A stretch of 63,940 nucleotides of DNA, the filler included. It is 10 parts of 10 records of this genome, joined end to end, with 100 filler letters (N's around TTAATTAATTAA, not from the genome) between each part and the next. Parts side by side here need not be neighbours in the genome. Positions count along the whole stretch, not along the records: positions 35,514 to 47,971 come from SRR15195285_2281; positions 48,072 to 55,077 come from SRR15195285_2283; positions 55,178 to 59,694 come from SRR15195285_2286; 7 more parts are not named here. One strand, written 5' to 3'. The notes below the pieces were generated by a model. It was not told where the DNA came from. It did not search any database and worked only from the letters and a program-made list of their open reading frames with translations. Positions within the stretch are counted from its first letter, which is position 1. The number at the start of each line of letters is the position of its first letter. The position numbers were made by a program, and so were the translations under genes. Positions 44,812 through 55,950 of this stretch are shown here, piece after piece.

Positions 44812-47701
44812 CTAGAGCTCCTGTTTCTTGGAGCTTGCGTCTACCGCAACTGGCCCCTGCGCTTGTGCCAAGGCTTTGCGAAAGCGACGAAGCTGGACAA
44901 CTGTCGCTCCGAGACGTTCGAGCTCACCATCGGTCACATCTTCGAGATCAAGCACTCCCTCCACACCTACAGTCAAAGCGATCAGGGCACGCATCGGTCT
45001 CAGCTGCCGAATTGCTATAGTCTAGCCAGAAAGTAGGAGCAGTTGCATTGCGTAGCCGAACGGATAAAAGTCTCAGCACAGAGCTGGCCAAGTCAATGGT
45101 GTGAGTCCTGCTGGCAAGCTGAGCAAATCAGTTTGCGACTCACCCAAAGCACGCAAGCCAGGAGCAAGTCGCGTCAGCCGATGCTGCCCAAGCAGCTCTG
45201 TCAATGCAGGGTCCCAGTACCCATCCTCTACGTCTTCTTCGTCCTCATCGAGGATACGTGGAGTTGGAGAGGGCGGAGAAGAGGCAGATGTTGCGGCTTT
45301 CTTCGCCTTGGCAGCAGCCACGCGGTTGTACTGTGCGGGCGGCCGCTGGAAAGCCACCGGCTCACCTCGATCGCGCACAATGGTGAACTGCTCTTGGTAG
45401 TCTGCTGTAGGACCCGCCCGGTTAGGCACGGAGCCGTCTCCGTTCACTCCAAGGTGCGCCTGTTGTTCCGCTGTTTCAACCACTCCGACCCCATCCTCAT
45501 GGTCATCAAAAGACAAGACCACAGTAGGCATAGATGGATGTTTCAAGTCCACCGTCGCTACAGCCGGTGCTTCCACGTCATTTGTTTGGGCTACATCATC
45601 CTCACGATGGCCATCATCATGCACTTGTTTGGCTGCGGCCAAGGCTGCTAGCCGAGCCACTGCTGCTGCTCGTGCATCGCTCACATACTGGTCCTGGTCC
45701 TGTTCTGCATGCCATACGATTCCCGATTGCTCGATACCCTCTGATTTGCGCCCAGTCACCTCATTCCGTCCTTCTGGCTCCTTCTCTTGAGAGAGCCGCT
45801 GGTTGACTGTCTGCTTATTAGTTGGCAGATCCAGATCATCTTCCACCTCACCGGCGGCCCTCTGCAAAGTGGCAGGTTCACCAGAATCATTCGGAGCAGC
45901 ATCGGCTGTGGTATCGCCTAAAACCAGCCTACATGGTGCGGTAAGCAAACCTAGCGCGCCACTTAGATCTGTGGGTAATATTCCTTCCAAGTCGCCCTGC
46001 GGTAGTAGTTTCCTGTGTCCCCATAATACAACGTTGCGCAATATCCAAACCGTTAGGAACTCATTGTCCTGAGATCAAACGATGATGTGAAGTGGCAACA
46101 AGCGACAAGAACGAGACTGTGCAGTGAGCCGAATTAAAGTGATTTCTCTTGATGAGTGGTTGGGTATCGTACAGTGACCGGCCACGTAGCATTGTGGAGA
46201 GACTCGTCCCGAGACGGTCGCGTATCGCAGTCAACTCTGCGGTGGTTGCGACGTCGATATGCACCAAATCTTGCTGCGCAGCCGCTGCCCTACGCGCACT
46301 GTCGCGGTCGCTGAGTCTGTCACTGCTGCGTTCACTGCGGCTTGATTCAGCAACCTGAACGGAATCATCGTCTGAATCCGGGTGAGCTGGGTCCAAAGTA
46401 GCACCTTGCTCCCGTGTCGGCCCCGCTGCAACTGCCGCACTCGCGGCTGGGTGTCCCACTGCATCAAAACTGTTGGTACCAGGCAATGCTGCTGCCACCG
46501 TTGCTGCTGCCGTCGCCTGCTCTTCATCTGCCTGAGCCTCCGTTGCAGTTGACGCGCAGTTCTGCCCTCCCCAACCTGCAGCGCACGTGCACTCGTACTC
46601 ACCTCCGACTGGCTCCGAACAGGTTCCACCGTTGTTGCATGGCTCACTTGCGCACTCGTGTAGATCGAAATTGCACAGCATCCCTGCATACCCAGCCATA
46701 CACGTGCATTTGTACGACGCTAGCGTGTGACTCCCTGCACCAATTGTCGTCTCCGTGCATGCACCACCATTCTCGCACGGCGCACTGTCGCAAGGCGAGT
46801 GAGTGACCTCTACCTCACAGTTCTCACCGGTGTAGCCGCGACGGCATTGACACTTGTAATGGCCTGGAATCGGCTCGATGCATGTGCTGTCATGCAAACA
46901 CGGAGCAGATGCGCACTCGAGCACGTCTAACTCGCATAACAAGCCGGCAAAGCCCACAGCACAGTCACACTGGAAGCCAGGCTCAGCAAGCGAGGGCCGC
47001 CCAATGTCGCCATCTGGCCTCGGTTCGCAGCCGCCGCCGTTGCGGCATGGTGCAGACAGGCAGCTGCGTGTATCTTCTGCACAGTGCATCCCTCCCCAGT
47101 AGCCGAGGCAGATGCAGCGGAAACCTCCTGCCGGAACGAGGGGCTCCTCGTTGGGCATGCTGTCTTCGTCTGTAGTCGAATCGAGACAAAGTGCACCGTT
47201 GGTGCACGGTCGACTGGCACATTCGTCAACATCTTGCTCGCAATTTGTCCCTGCCCAGCCAGACGCGCAGGCACAGACGTACTGTGCATCCCCGGCTGCG
47301 AGTTCTGTGTGCTCAGCTCTATGCCTGCGGCTCTGGCAAATGCCATGGTTGGCGCATGGAGCACTGATGCAGCCACTCTCCGCATGCTCCTGGTACTGTG
47401 CGGCTGTCTTGGCGAAGGGCGTGAGCTCTCCGTTGGGCACATCCTCTGCTGTCGGCGTGATCGCATCCAAGATTTCCCGCAGGTCTTCGTCGCTCATCTC
47501 CAATCCGAGCTCAGACACGAGGAGCTCCAGCTCGGCGCGGTCAATTTTACCGTCTGCTGACTGGTCCATCTGCTCGATGGTCTCGCGAAAGAGCACGAGG
47601 TCGTCTCGAGGCGGGCCGTCCACAGCCCATCCCATCGGTAGGAGCACAGCTGCAAGCAGCGCTGCGCCCAGGAATCGGCAGGTGGACCGCCGCCCTTGCA
47701 T
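44812..47701 (-). CDS. Secretory protein: signal peptide, EF-hand, Notch-type EGF repeats, SAM domain, C-terminal KQEL (intron 44967-45143; a second intron near 46010-46170 is unresolved)
   Basis: LGAALLAAVLLPMGWA; DQSADGKIDRAE; repeated DECASxPCxNGxxC...CxCxxGxxGxxCE. Splicing gives LTELLGQHRLTRLAPGLRALGVEGVLDLEDVTDGELERLG..VQLRRFRKAL (SAM). Confidence 0.7.
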
Positions 47702-48253
47702 AGCGCCAGCAGGCAGTCCGTCGCGTCGAGCTCACCGTTCAGACCGCGGTCGAAGTTTCGACTTTCGACGCTGTGAATTTCGAAAGTCGAAACTTTCAGC
47801 TCATCGACAGCTCAGCGAGCTCCTACACAGTCCCAAGCGTTCTTCGAGATGCTGGCCGGCGATCGCGCCCTGGCATCCCCACCGCAAGTACGCATACTGG
47901 CGCCCTGCAGCGCGCTCGTTCATGCAGCGCGAATCGCCCCAAAAGCAAAATCGACCCGGCGCCGGTTCGGTNNNNNNNNNNNNNNNNNNNNNNNNNNNNN
48001 NNNNNNNNNNNNNNNTTAATTAATTAANNNNNNNNNNNNNNNNNNNNNNNNNNNNNNNNNNNNNNNNNNNNATCATGTGTCGGTAAATTGCGGAGCTAGT
48101 TGATCTTGCGGCTTCGTTCGGCGCGCCGCCCCGCCGCGGGTCGGCCAACTCCACCGCCCGGGCGGAGCGCTGCGCAGGGACGCTGTAGCTGCGGCTGCTG
48201 TCGCTGAGCGGCAAGGCAGATACAGCCTCGCTGGACGGCAGCAGCATCCGAGG

Positions 48254-48346
48254 TATCTCAGAAGTGCCCTTGGCAGCGAGTGGCTATCTCAGAAGTGTCC
48301 TTGGCAGCGAGTGGCTATCTCAGACGTGTCCTCGGCAGCGAGTGGC
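48254..48346. repeat. Three tandem 31-bp repeats
   Basis: tatctcagaagtg(c/t)ccttggcagcgagtggc three times head-to-tail, with few mismatches and no spacers. Confidence 0.92.
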
Positions 48347-48460
48347 TGGCTGTGGTGCGTTCGGCGAGTCCGGCCGCTCAGGGACGCAAATTAAGGAATT
48401 TCACTGCCGCACTGGACCGAACTGCGCTACTGGGAAGTTTGTGCCTCTGGCGAGGCGGCG

Positions 48461-51400
48461 ATGGCGGAGGAGGATGCTTGGGGCAATGGGTTCTCTTATG
48501 ACGGGGTCGATGAGCTGGAGGAGGTCGAGGTCGTGAACGACCCAGGAGTCGAGCGGGTCGGGTCGGCTGAGACGTGGCGTGTGTGCGAAAAGCACTGGAA
48601 GGAGCTGACCGCGACCGAGGAACCAAGTTCGCTAGTGCTGTCGGACGATGCACATCAGGACCGACGTCTCTACAATGTCTTCCGGTCTCAGTTCGGACTG
48701 GACGTACGGTACATCACTTGGGCTGATCTTCACAACGATTTCGAGATGGGCAAGTGGCGGGCTGTGCTGTCCGCGTGTGAAGGCCGTGTGAAGTGGCATA
48801 ATATGATGTACCTGCTGCGCGCAGACGCGACCAAGTCGTACGTCGAGCAGAAGGATGACAAGGGACCAGACGGCCATTCGGACGGCCTTTTACTCGTGCC
48901 GCGGATTCAGTGGCTGATGATCGAAATCGCACGCAATCAAGAGGGTGTGAACGACGGTCTGCATTTGCACGCGCAGACAGCCGCTATCAAACAGCTCAAG
49001 CAAGAAATCACAGAAGCTCTGACTCAGGAGGACAACGCTCCTATGCTGCTATCGCTGTTGGCGGCGCTTGGGGAAAACCCAGTGATACCCGAAGCTGTAC
49101 TGCGCAAGACGCGGATAGGGCGCGTGCTGACACAGAAACTCCACGGGCATGCGTCATCTGCTGTCTCAGTGGCAGCGCACAGGCTGACCACGCAGTGGAA
49201 GCATGCAGTCGCCCTGGAGAAACTGAGTGCCACAGGCGGTGGCGCGGGCGAGGCTGCTGCCTTTGCGTTGACGGCGCTTCGCTCGGGTGCTGGCGCCGGC
49301 GCTGGTGCCTCCTCTCCTTCCCGTACAGCCTCAGGCAGCAGCCACGCGACTAGTGACGGTCGCAGTTCCGCAATCATCCCTTGTGCTGTTCCTGAATCAG
49401 AGGTGCTTTTCACTCCAAGTCCGCAAGAGCGACGAGACGGAAGGCTGAGTGAAAGTGGACTCGCTGCCGCCCACGCCCAGTTCGAGAAACACGGCGTGAT
49501 CGGAATGTTCGGAGTAGTACCAGAAGCCTTTCTTAGGCACTGCGTCACCGACGTCGACCGCTGCCTGGGTGCCCTCGAGACGAAGCTTGCCGAGCACGGT
49601 CTTGCCTTGCATGACAAGTACGACTTCGAGGAGGTGCGTCATCGACCTGGCGGGAGAGTCGATAGCCGATATCAGGTGCTGGATGGACCATGTGGAGATC
49701 CACAGATGACTCAGTCGAAAATGTTATACCCGCTGCTGAAGAAGATACTCAATACCGACGATCCGCAGCTGCTGTGGAGTGGGGTAGTCCATGCGTTTGG
49801 AGCCGGTACGACGCCAGATCCTCCACATCATCAGGTTTGGCACCGCGACGGCCCGTCGCTGTTTGGGCCTTGGTCGGAGGCAAACTTTCACCCGTCACAC
49901 TGTGTGAATGTGTTTATTCCACTTGTCGATATCACGAAGGAGAACGGCCCGACTGACTTTTTCCCGGGCACCCATCACGACCCAGCCTTCGAAGCGCTGC
50001 TGCCGGAGGTGCTTCAGGCTGAGCGTGCTAAAGAAGCACATCCGAACTGCGTGGCACCACTTCTCACCGCTGGCTCAGCGATCGTCTTTGATATCAGGGT
50101 TCTGCATCGCGGCCGGGCCAACTTTTCTCCGACTAATCGGCCAATGCTTTACTATACGTTTGCAACGCCTTGGTACACGGACCTGCACATGTTCAGCGAG
50201 AAGAAGTCACTAGTGATGTCTGCCGACCTACAAGAAATCGAACGTCGCCAGAAGTCCATCTCTAGCTTTGCTTCGGCGCTGCGCGCTACAGTCGGAGGCC
50301 TGGAGCGGTCTCCTGATGGCCAGGCTCACGATGGTTACGGTCATCCTCACTACACAGAGCGTTTTGACCTCCTAATCGCGGAAGCACTGACCAACAGCAG
50401 CGGGAGTTCGAACAGCAGTGCAGACGCTGCAATGCAGAACGCTGCTGCTGTGATCAGCTTCAATACGCTGAGCGTAGTAGAGAAGCAGCGCTGGATGCAG
50501 CAGACGGTGGATGCGTTTAGTGCTTCAGGCAGCTTGCATGACAAGAAGCGCGTGGAGCTGCAGACGCTCCAGTTGGAGCGGCGAGCAGCTCGAGCTAAAC
50601 GCGGAGCTGGAAAAGCAGAGGAAGATGACGACAAGCCCTTCATCCCTGCGTCCAGCTTTCGTGGTATGCGAGCCGGGTACACTTACAAGACTGGAGAACA
50701 GGGCCTTGGCTACTACCGCGACAGTGGGGCTGAGAGTCCATCCTCGAAAACTGATGCACCGGCATCGTCCTCTGGCAGTGCTGATTTCGGGAGTGTGAAT
50801 GACGACATGTCGGTTGTCCAATGCCTCTACAGATTAGCTGTGGATGCCGTTTGCCCAGTACTCGCCCCACTCGGATTCTCTGAAGATTCTGACGGACTAT
50901 TGGCATGGTTTGCGCTGGCAAAAGCAGTTGCAGCCAGTGCTGGAAGCGTAGAAACGAAAGTCCTGCAGCCCTACAGACCGATGCTCGAGGAAGCACTAAC
51001 CGGTTGGTGGCACGCTGGTGTCAGCAGATTTGAGCTTCGCAGTCTGAGTGGTAGGACCGATGATGCAACTGGCGGAACGGTGATAGTTGTATGCAGCTCG
51101 TTGGGCACTGGTATTGTGCGGCCAGAGTGGGGCGGGACCCTCCGTCAGCTTTCACTTGAGGCGGCTGCTGCAGCAAGCGCTGGCAGAGTCGACGTGCTGC
51201 ATGTCATTGACCCGTCATCAACATGGTGGTCACAGGATCCAGGCTGTCGCTGGGACGGCTTTTCGTACTACCAGCAAGAGGTGGCTGCGCGTGTTGCTGG
51301 GTACGACCGTGTGCTCGTTCTAGGTGACTCGATGGGTGGTGGAGGAGCGCTGATGCTAGCGCCGCTCGCACATCGAGTGCTGTGCTTCACACCGCAACTC

Positions 51401-51857
51401 GATCTTGCATCGTACCCAGCGATCACTCGGACTGACTTCGACTCAGCGCGGCGAGCGACGTACAAGGAGCAAATCGAGGTCATTCTGCAGAGAGCCGTGC
51501 GTGAGAAGGGCGTCCAAATTGAGGTGAGAGTAACATAAATAAAACGCTTCTCAGCCACTTGGCAGGTGTTGCTCCTTCAGTTTGATTCGACCCCTGGTAT
51601 TTCTCTTTCGCTAAGCAAAGACTGGTTTGTGTGTGTAATGGTCACAGGTGCACTATGGAGACAATTGCATTGAAGACTGCTCGCAGATAGGCCACTTGAG
51701 AAAGCTCGAGTTGCCGTCAGATGGTAAAAACAACGATGGTGGCTATCTAAAACTTGTTCCGCATGACTATCATGACCACGTTCTCTCGATGGAGCTGCGG
51801 CGGCGCGGTGTGCTTCTAGGGCTGGTACAAGCCTGGTTCGATGGTCACGCATCCTAA
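48461..51857 (+). CDS. Fusion protein: PBDC1-like + TFIIS N-terminal-like + PhyH 2OG-Fe(II) dioxygenase + alpha/beta hydrolase (intron 51524-51647)
   Basis: LLVPRIQWLMIEIARNQEGVND (PBDC1); LRKTRIGRVL...LTTQWK (TND); WHRDG...FIPLVDITKENGPT...LHRGRAN (PhyH); LGDSMGGGGAL plus a terminal DH. Confidence 0.82.
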
Positions 51858-52139
51858 TTCATGCTGCAGGTGTAGTTGTTTCACACCGTATAGCATGCGC
51901 AACAACAGCCACGGCACCTGCAATGTATCCAGTGTCTGATTCATCGTCGAGCCGGCTTGTTCAGTACGGCGTGGAATCAATTAGTTGCTCACGGCTGATT
52001 CAGCGGCGGCAATCGGGTGCGACACAATCGATAAAAATCAGGGTCAGTAACAACATCTGGACTCCATTGCATCACACTACCGTTGCACGGGTTATCATGT
52101 GCTGTTTGTGCTTCGTAATGCTGGTCGATTGTGATAAAA

Positions 52140-54797
52140 TCAGAATTGACTACCTCGCAAAGACATCAAAAACGGAGGGGGGTTCAATGCTGGCCGATCA
52201 TCGGTGATGGTCCCTCCAGCCGACCACCATCGTGCTGTACCACCCACAACTTTCGTATCGGCTGCTGCGTCGCGCCTTCTACTCGATCTGTTCCACGATG
52301 GGGCGCCTGTGGCGTCTCGTACTGTTGCAGCAACCAGCTGGCCCGGTGGGCACAGCCGGCGGTGAACACCGTGACTAACACTAGCGTGGATATCTGCCGT
52401 GCTAGTAATGTATCGGCGTGTGGGGCCAGGTATAGGGCGCGTTGGCAACCTGAGCCCGCAGCCACGGTCGCTATGTGCGCCACCAGCGGCAGCTGTCGGC
52501 CCGTGCCCAGAAAAGCTCGCACCAATCTCCCTTGTCTGCGGAGGCCTTTGCTCGCTCAAAGATGCCTTCAGCGTCGGCAACGGTCCGTGTGCGGCGTTCT
52601 GCGCTGCCACACGCGGCGTTGACAGACGCGCCAGACTGGTTCGAGACGCAACTACCCCAGCACCGATCTTCGGAGTGTACGGCCGCTTTGGCGTGCGAGG
52701 TTTCGGTTGCACTATGCCGTACGGTGGAAGCCAGCCAGACTCAATGTTGTGCTTGTTCACCACATCCAGTGTCAACGACTCTAGTCTAGTCAACGACTGC
52801 TGCAGATGTGACTTGCGCATCAATCCCACCATTAGCCCGGTGCCTTTGCTGCCTGCAACTGAACCGCCAGGGCCAAGCGCATCGGAGATCTTTGACCTCA
52901 GAGAGTGCTGCTTCGGTCCACTGCCGCTACCCAAACTCTGATGTTGCTTCGGATTCATAGGAGGTATTGGGCGGAGGTTTGGCCCTCCTGCCAACACCTC
53001 CAGTGGCTGCATCTCCCGAGCATTGCGGCCATGCAGCTGCGGGTGGGCGCACGGAAGGACTGCAGATGCGACAGAGGTTACTGAAGTTACAGACCCACCC
53101 GTCGCGAGGCTTGCCATGCTCGTCGTGCTCTCCACTTCAGCCGCAGAAGCTGTGCCGTTCCATTCTGCACCGATATCCTCTTGACTAATGCTGCCAAGCA
53201 TCAATGGATCATCCAACGGTGTCGTGCCTGGAGCGTGTGGAGCGACGCCAGCTAGCGCGCCGGGCTTCGAGATGCCGCCGGAGCGCACGACGCCCCCTTG
53301 TTTGTGGCAGTCGCTGGGGACAGATCCGCCGAAAGCAAACGGAGCAGCTAAGTCTGAACAGCTTCGCTCCCAGCTCAACTCGGCAAGACGCTCGCCGACA
53401 GAAACCGTCGATATCTGCGCGTCCAGGCCGTCTCCTGCGTGCATTGCCTCTGCAACTATCCCGGGATCGCCTGTTGCTCTAATGTGCCGCTGTATCTCCC
53501 GCTGTTTGCGCTCGTCAGCCTGCCGCTTGTCTGCCATTTCTGTGCGCTGGGTGCATCGCTCGCAGTAGTGGTATTCCTTGAACGCGCCCGGGCCACAACC
53601 GCAGCTACCCGACGCATCCATCAAACTTTTACGCGCCTCCGAAAGCGAAGGAGACGGGGTGGCTCCATGGATGCCATGGCTGTCATGCCTGGCAGCTGCC
53701 TGCCCATCAGGATTCGATGCACCCTGAGCATTCTGGTTGCTGCCTGCCGGAGATGCGCGCGAGGATGTCCGCGTTTTTGTTTTGATGTCGACATCATTTC
53801 CCAATTCCTTGCCACCCGCGTCTCCCATTTTATCTGACAGACCTTTCAGGTTCAGGAAACGCACCTGCAACAGCCGCTTCTTCAGTAGCGTCTTTTTCTG
53901 TTGCTCACTGTCTACCTGCACTTCTGTGCAATTATCGTACAGTACAGACAGGAACCTGACCATGACAGTTCCGGGGTCCATAGACTTCCACACATCGGAG
54001 TCGTCCTCCCCGCCGATGACCTCTCCAGCCCACAACTCCCCAAGCTCGCCCAGAGACTTCTCGAACTCGGCTCTAGTCATGGTGGAGTTGGCCGTGTCAT
54101 GCGCCCAATCTTGTGAGGCCACCTTGCGAGAAATAGTGCGAGAGAAGTGAGTGTGTAGAGTTTTGCTGATCCGTAGGTGCAGACTTTCGTAGTTAGCGTA
54201 TTTGATCGACTCTTGGCCTGTCGTGGCCTGCTTGGAAAATTTGGCGTCCTCGGCCTGCAGCAAGGCCCAAAATTTGTCGACACACTTTTGAAACTCTGGC
54301 AAATCGTAGTAGCTCGGACGACACGGAGCCTGGGCTCGATTCTGCTTCATGTCGCGCTTCTTGTTCTCCATCTTCTCCCAGACGCTGGCGAGAGCGCCGG
54401 GATTGGGCTTTCGAAGATGCGTCAGGATGTCTGCTCGATTTACCAGCACGCGGCAGCTCGCCTCCGGCTCGCCGCCAACAGCATCACCTAGGTCCACGCC
54501 TTCCTCCAGCAGCTTATTCACCGAAGCCTCGTCCGCGAAGCTGACCAGGCACCACGAACGATCCGTTCCAGCTTTGACGCGCAGGTTCAGCGAGTCAACG
54601 GCACCGTACACCCGGTCGAAGAACTCCTCCAGCACATGCACGTCCATCGCCGGGTGCTGCTCCGGAATCCCACCGATCCACACCGTCGTCAGGTCCTCCA
54701 CCCCCTCCAGCATCTCGGCCACGCCAGATGGCTGCTGGGCCACAGCCATCGTGGCCTCCACCGCCGCTATCGCCTCCGGCTCCGGTTCCGGTTCCAT
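52140..54797 (-). CDS. RRM-domain protein with helical domain and long low-complexity tail
   Basis: TVWIGGIP...SWCLVSFADEASV (RNP2/RNP1-like); 885-aa ORF starting MEPEPEPE. Confidence 0.65.
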   Translation of the reverse strand: MEPEPEPEAIAAVEATMAVAQQPSGVAEMLEGVEDLTTVWIGGIPEQHPAMDVHVLEEFFDRVYGAVDSLNLRVKAGTDRSWCLVSFADEASVNKLLEEGVDLGDAVGGEPEASCRVLVNRADILTHLRKPNPGALASVWEKMENKKRDMKQNRAQAPCRPSYYDLPEFQKCVDKFWALLQAEDAKFSKQATTGQESIKYANYESLHLRISKTLHTHFSRTISRKVASQDWAHDTANSTMTRAEFEKSLGELGELWAGEVIGGEDDSDVWKSMDPGTVMVRFLSVLYDNCTEVQVDSEQQKKTLLKKRLLQVRFLNLKGLSDKMGDAGGKELGNDVDIKTKTRTSSRASPAGSNQNAQGASNPDGQAAARHDSHGIHGATPSPSLSEARKSLMDASGSCGCGPGAFKEYHYCERCTQRTEMADKRQADERKQREIQRHIRATGDPGIVAEAMHAGDGLDAQISTVSVGERLAELSWERSCSDLAAPFAFGGSVPSDCHKQGGVVRSGGISKPGALAGVAPHAPGTTPLDDPLMLGSISQEDIGAEWNGTASAAEVESTTSMASLATGGSVTSVTSVASAVLPCAHPQLHGRNAREMQPLEVLAGGPNLRPIPPMNPKQHQSLGSGSGPKQHSLRSKISDALGPGGSVAGSKGTGLMVGLMRKSHLQQSLTRLESLTLDVVNKHNIESGWLPPYGIVQPKPRTPKRPYTPKIGAGVVASRTSLARLSTPRVAAQNAAHGPLPTLKASLSEQRPPQTREIGASFSGHGPTAAAGGAHSDRGCGLRLPTRPIPGPTRRYITSTADIHASVSHGVHRRLCPPGQLVAATVRDATGAPSWNRSSRRRDAAADTKVVGGTARWWSAGGTITDDRPALNPPPFLMSLRGSQF

Positions 54798-55950
54798 CGC
54801 AGCTCCCTAAGCAGTCAGTGAAAGCTAAGAGAGCTTCTTTCTGAACGCGTGAAGCACCGGTTTGGGGAGCTGCGACGATCACTGGCACACGTTGCCGTAT
54901 ACCGTCAGTCGAGGTTCGGTTGGAACCTGCTCAAGCGAGAAGGCGTGAAGGCAATGGCCGGTTCCAGGCGCTCAAGCACCCGTTCCTGCCGACCAAGGAG
55001 GACGCGAAGCTGCAGCTCCTGGTGCTCAGTACTCACCAGCTTCTGTGGGGCTGCGATGATCACCGGCACACGTTGCTNNNNNNNNNNNNNNNNNNNNNNN
55101 NNNNNNNNNNNNNNNNNNNNNTTAATTAATTAANNNNNNNNNNNNNNNNNNNNNNNNNNNNNNNNNNNNNNNNNNNNATTGGCCGCACCCAAATTGTATG
55201 TAAATGTGGATGGCCGGCCCCGGCCCGGGCCACGGCCGGTCACTGCCGTGCAGCCAGCCCCGGCACTGAGACTGAACACGCCTATCTTATATCTACCTGG
55301 CGGTAGCTAGGATAGTGCTACGTAGCTAGTAGTAGCTAGCTCTGCTGCCAGTCACCTTTCCCCTTTACTTGCCGTTTAACCTTGCCATGTGATTAAATGA
55401 ACTGCCCCGGTCTTCTTTACCCTTCGAAGAGGCGTGTGCGCGCGGCCGAACTCTCATTTTTTGGGGGGCCAAACACCGCGTGCCTCGTTGGCTCGCGGCG
55501 CAGAGGGAGAGCTGTGGCGGACGAGGGCGGGCGAAAGTTATACGAAGCGAGAAGAAAGTGTAAGAGTATAGGGTCCTGTACGAATCGTGGAAGATGACGG
55601 TCCAAGCTCGGTGAGGCAGGAGGATTGCCAATCGATCGAGTGCAATGGGAGAGACGCCTCCACACATAGACGACGAAGGTGAAAGAAGCAGTCTGAGGGA
55701 GGTCGGAGGTGGTGGTGAAGCTGCCGCCGCCGCCACCACTGCCAGCAGCAGCAACAGTGACGGTGGCGGCGCAAGCACAGGCATCCCCACGGGCTCTCGC
55801 GGATGGCCTGCGTGGCGTGTAGCCAGGTACTACCAGCCGGTTAGCTAGCGAGGCTCTTGGAATGGGAAACAGATAGTGGGAGAGTCGAGTGAGCGAAGAT
55901 CGAAATGGATAAGTTCGCACTCCAATCCACCACTCGCTCCACTATGAGCC

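Noticed and set aside
48254-48346. CRISPR array
   Set aside because: Repeats are contiguous with no spacers, there are no cas genes, and the context is eukaryotic.
54849-55077. Possible gene start at the contig end (similarly 48072-48247)
   Set aside because: Too short and truncated to support a call.
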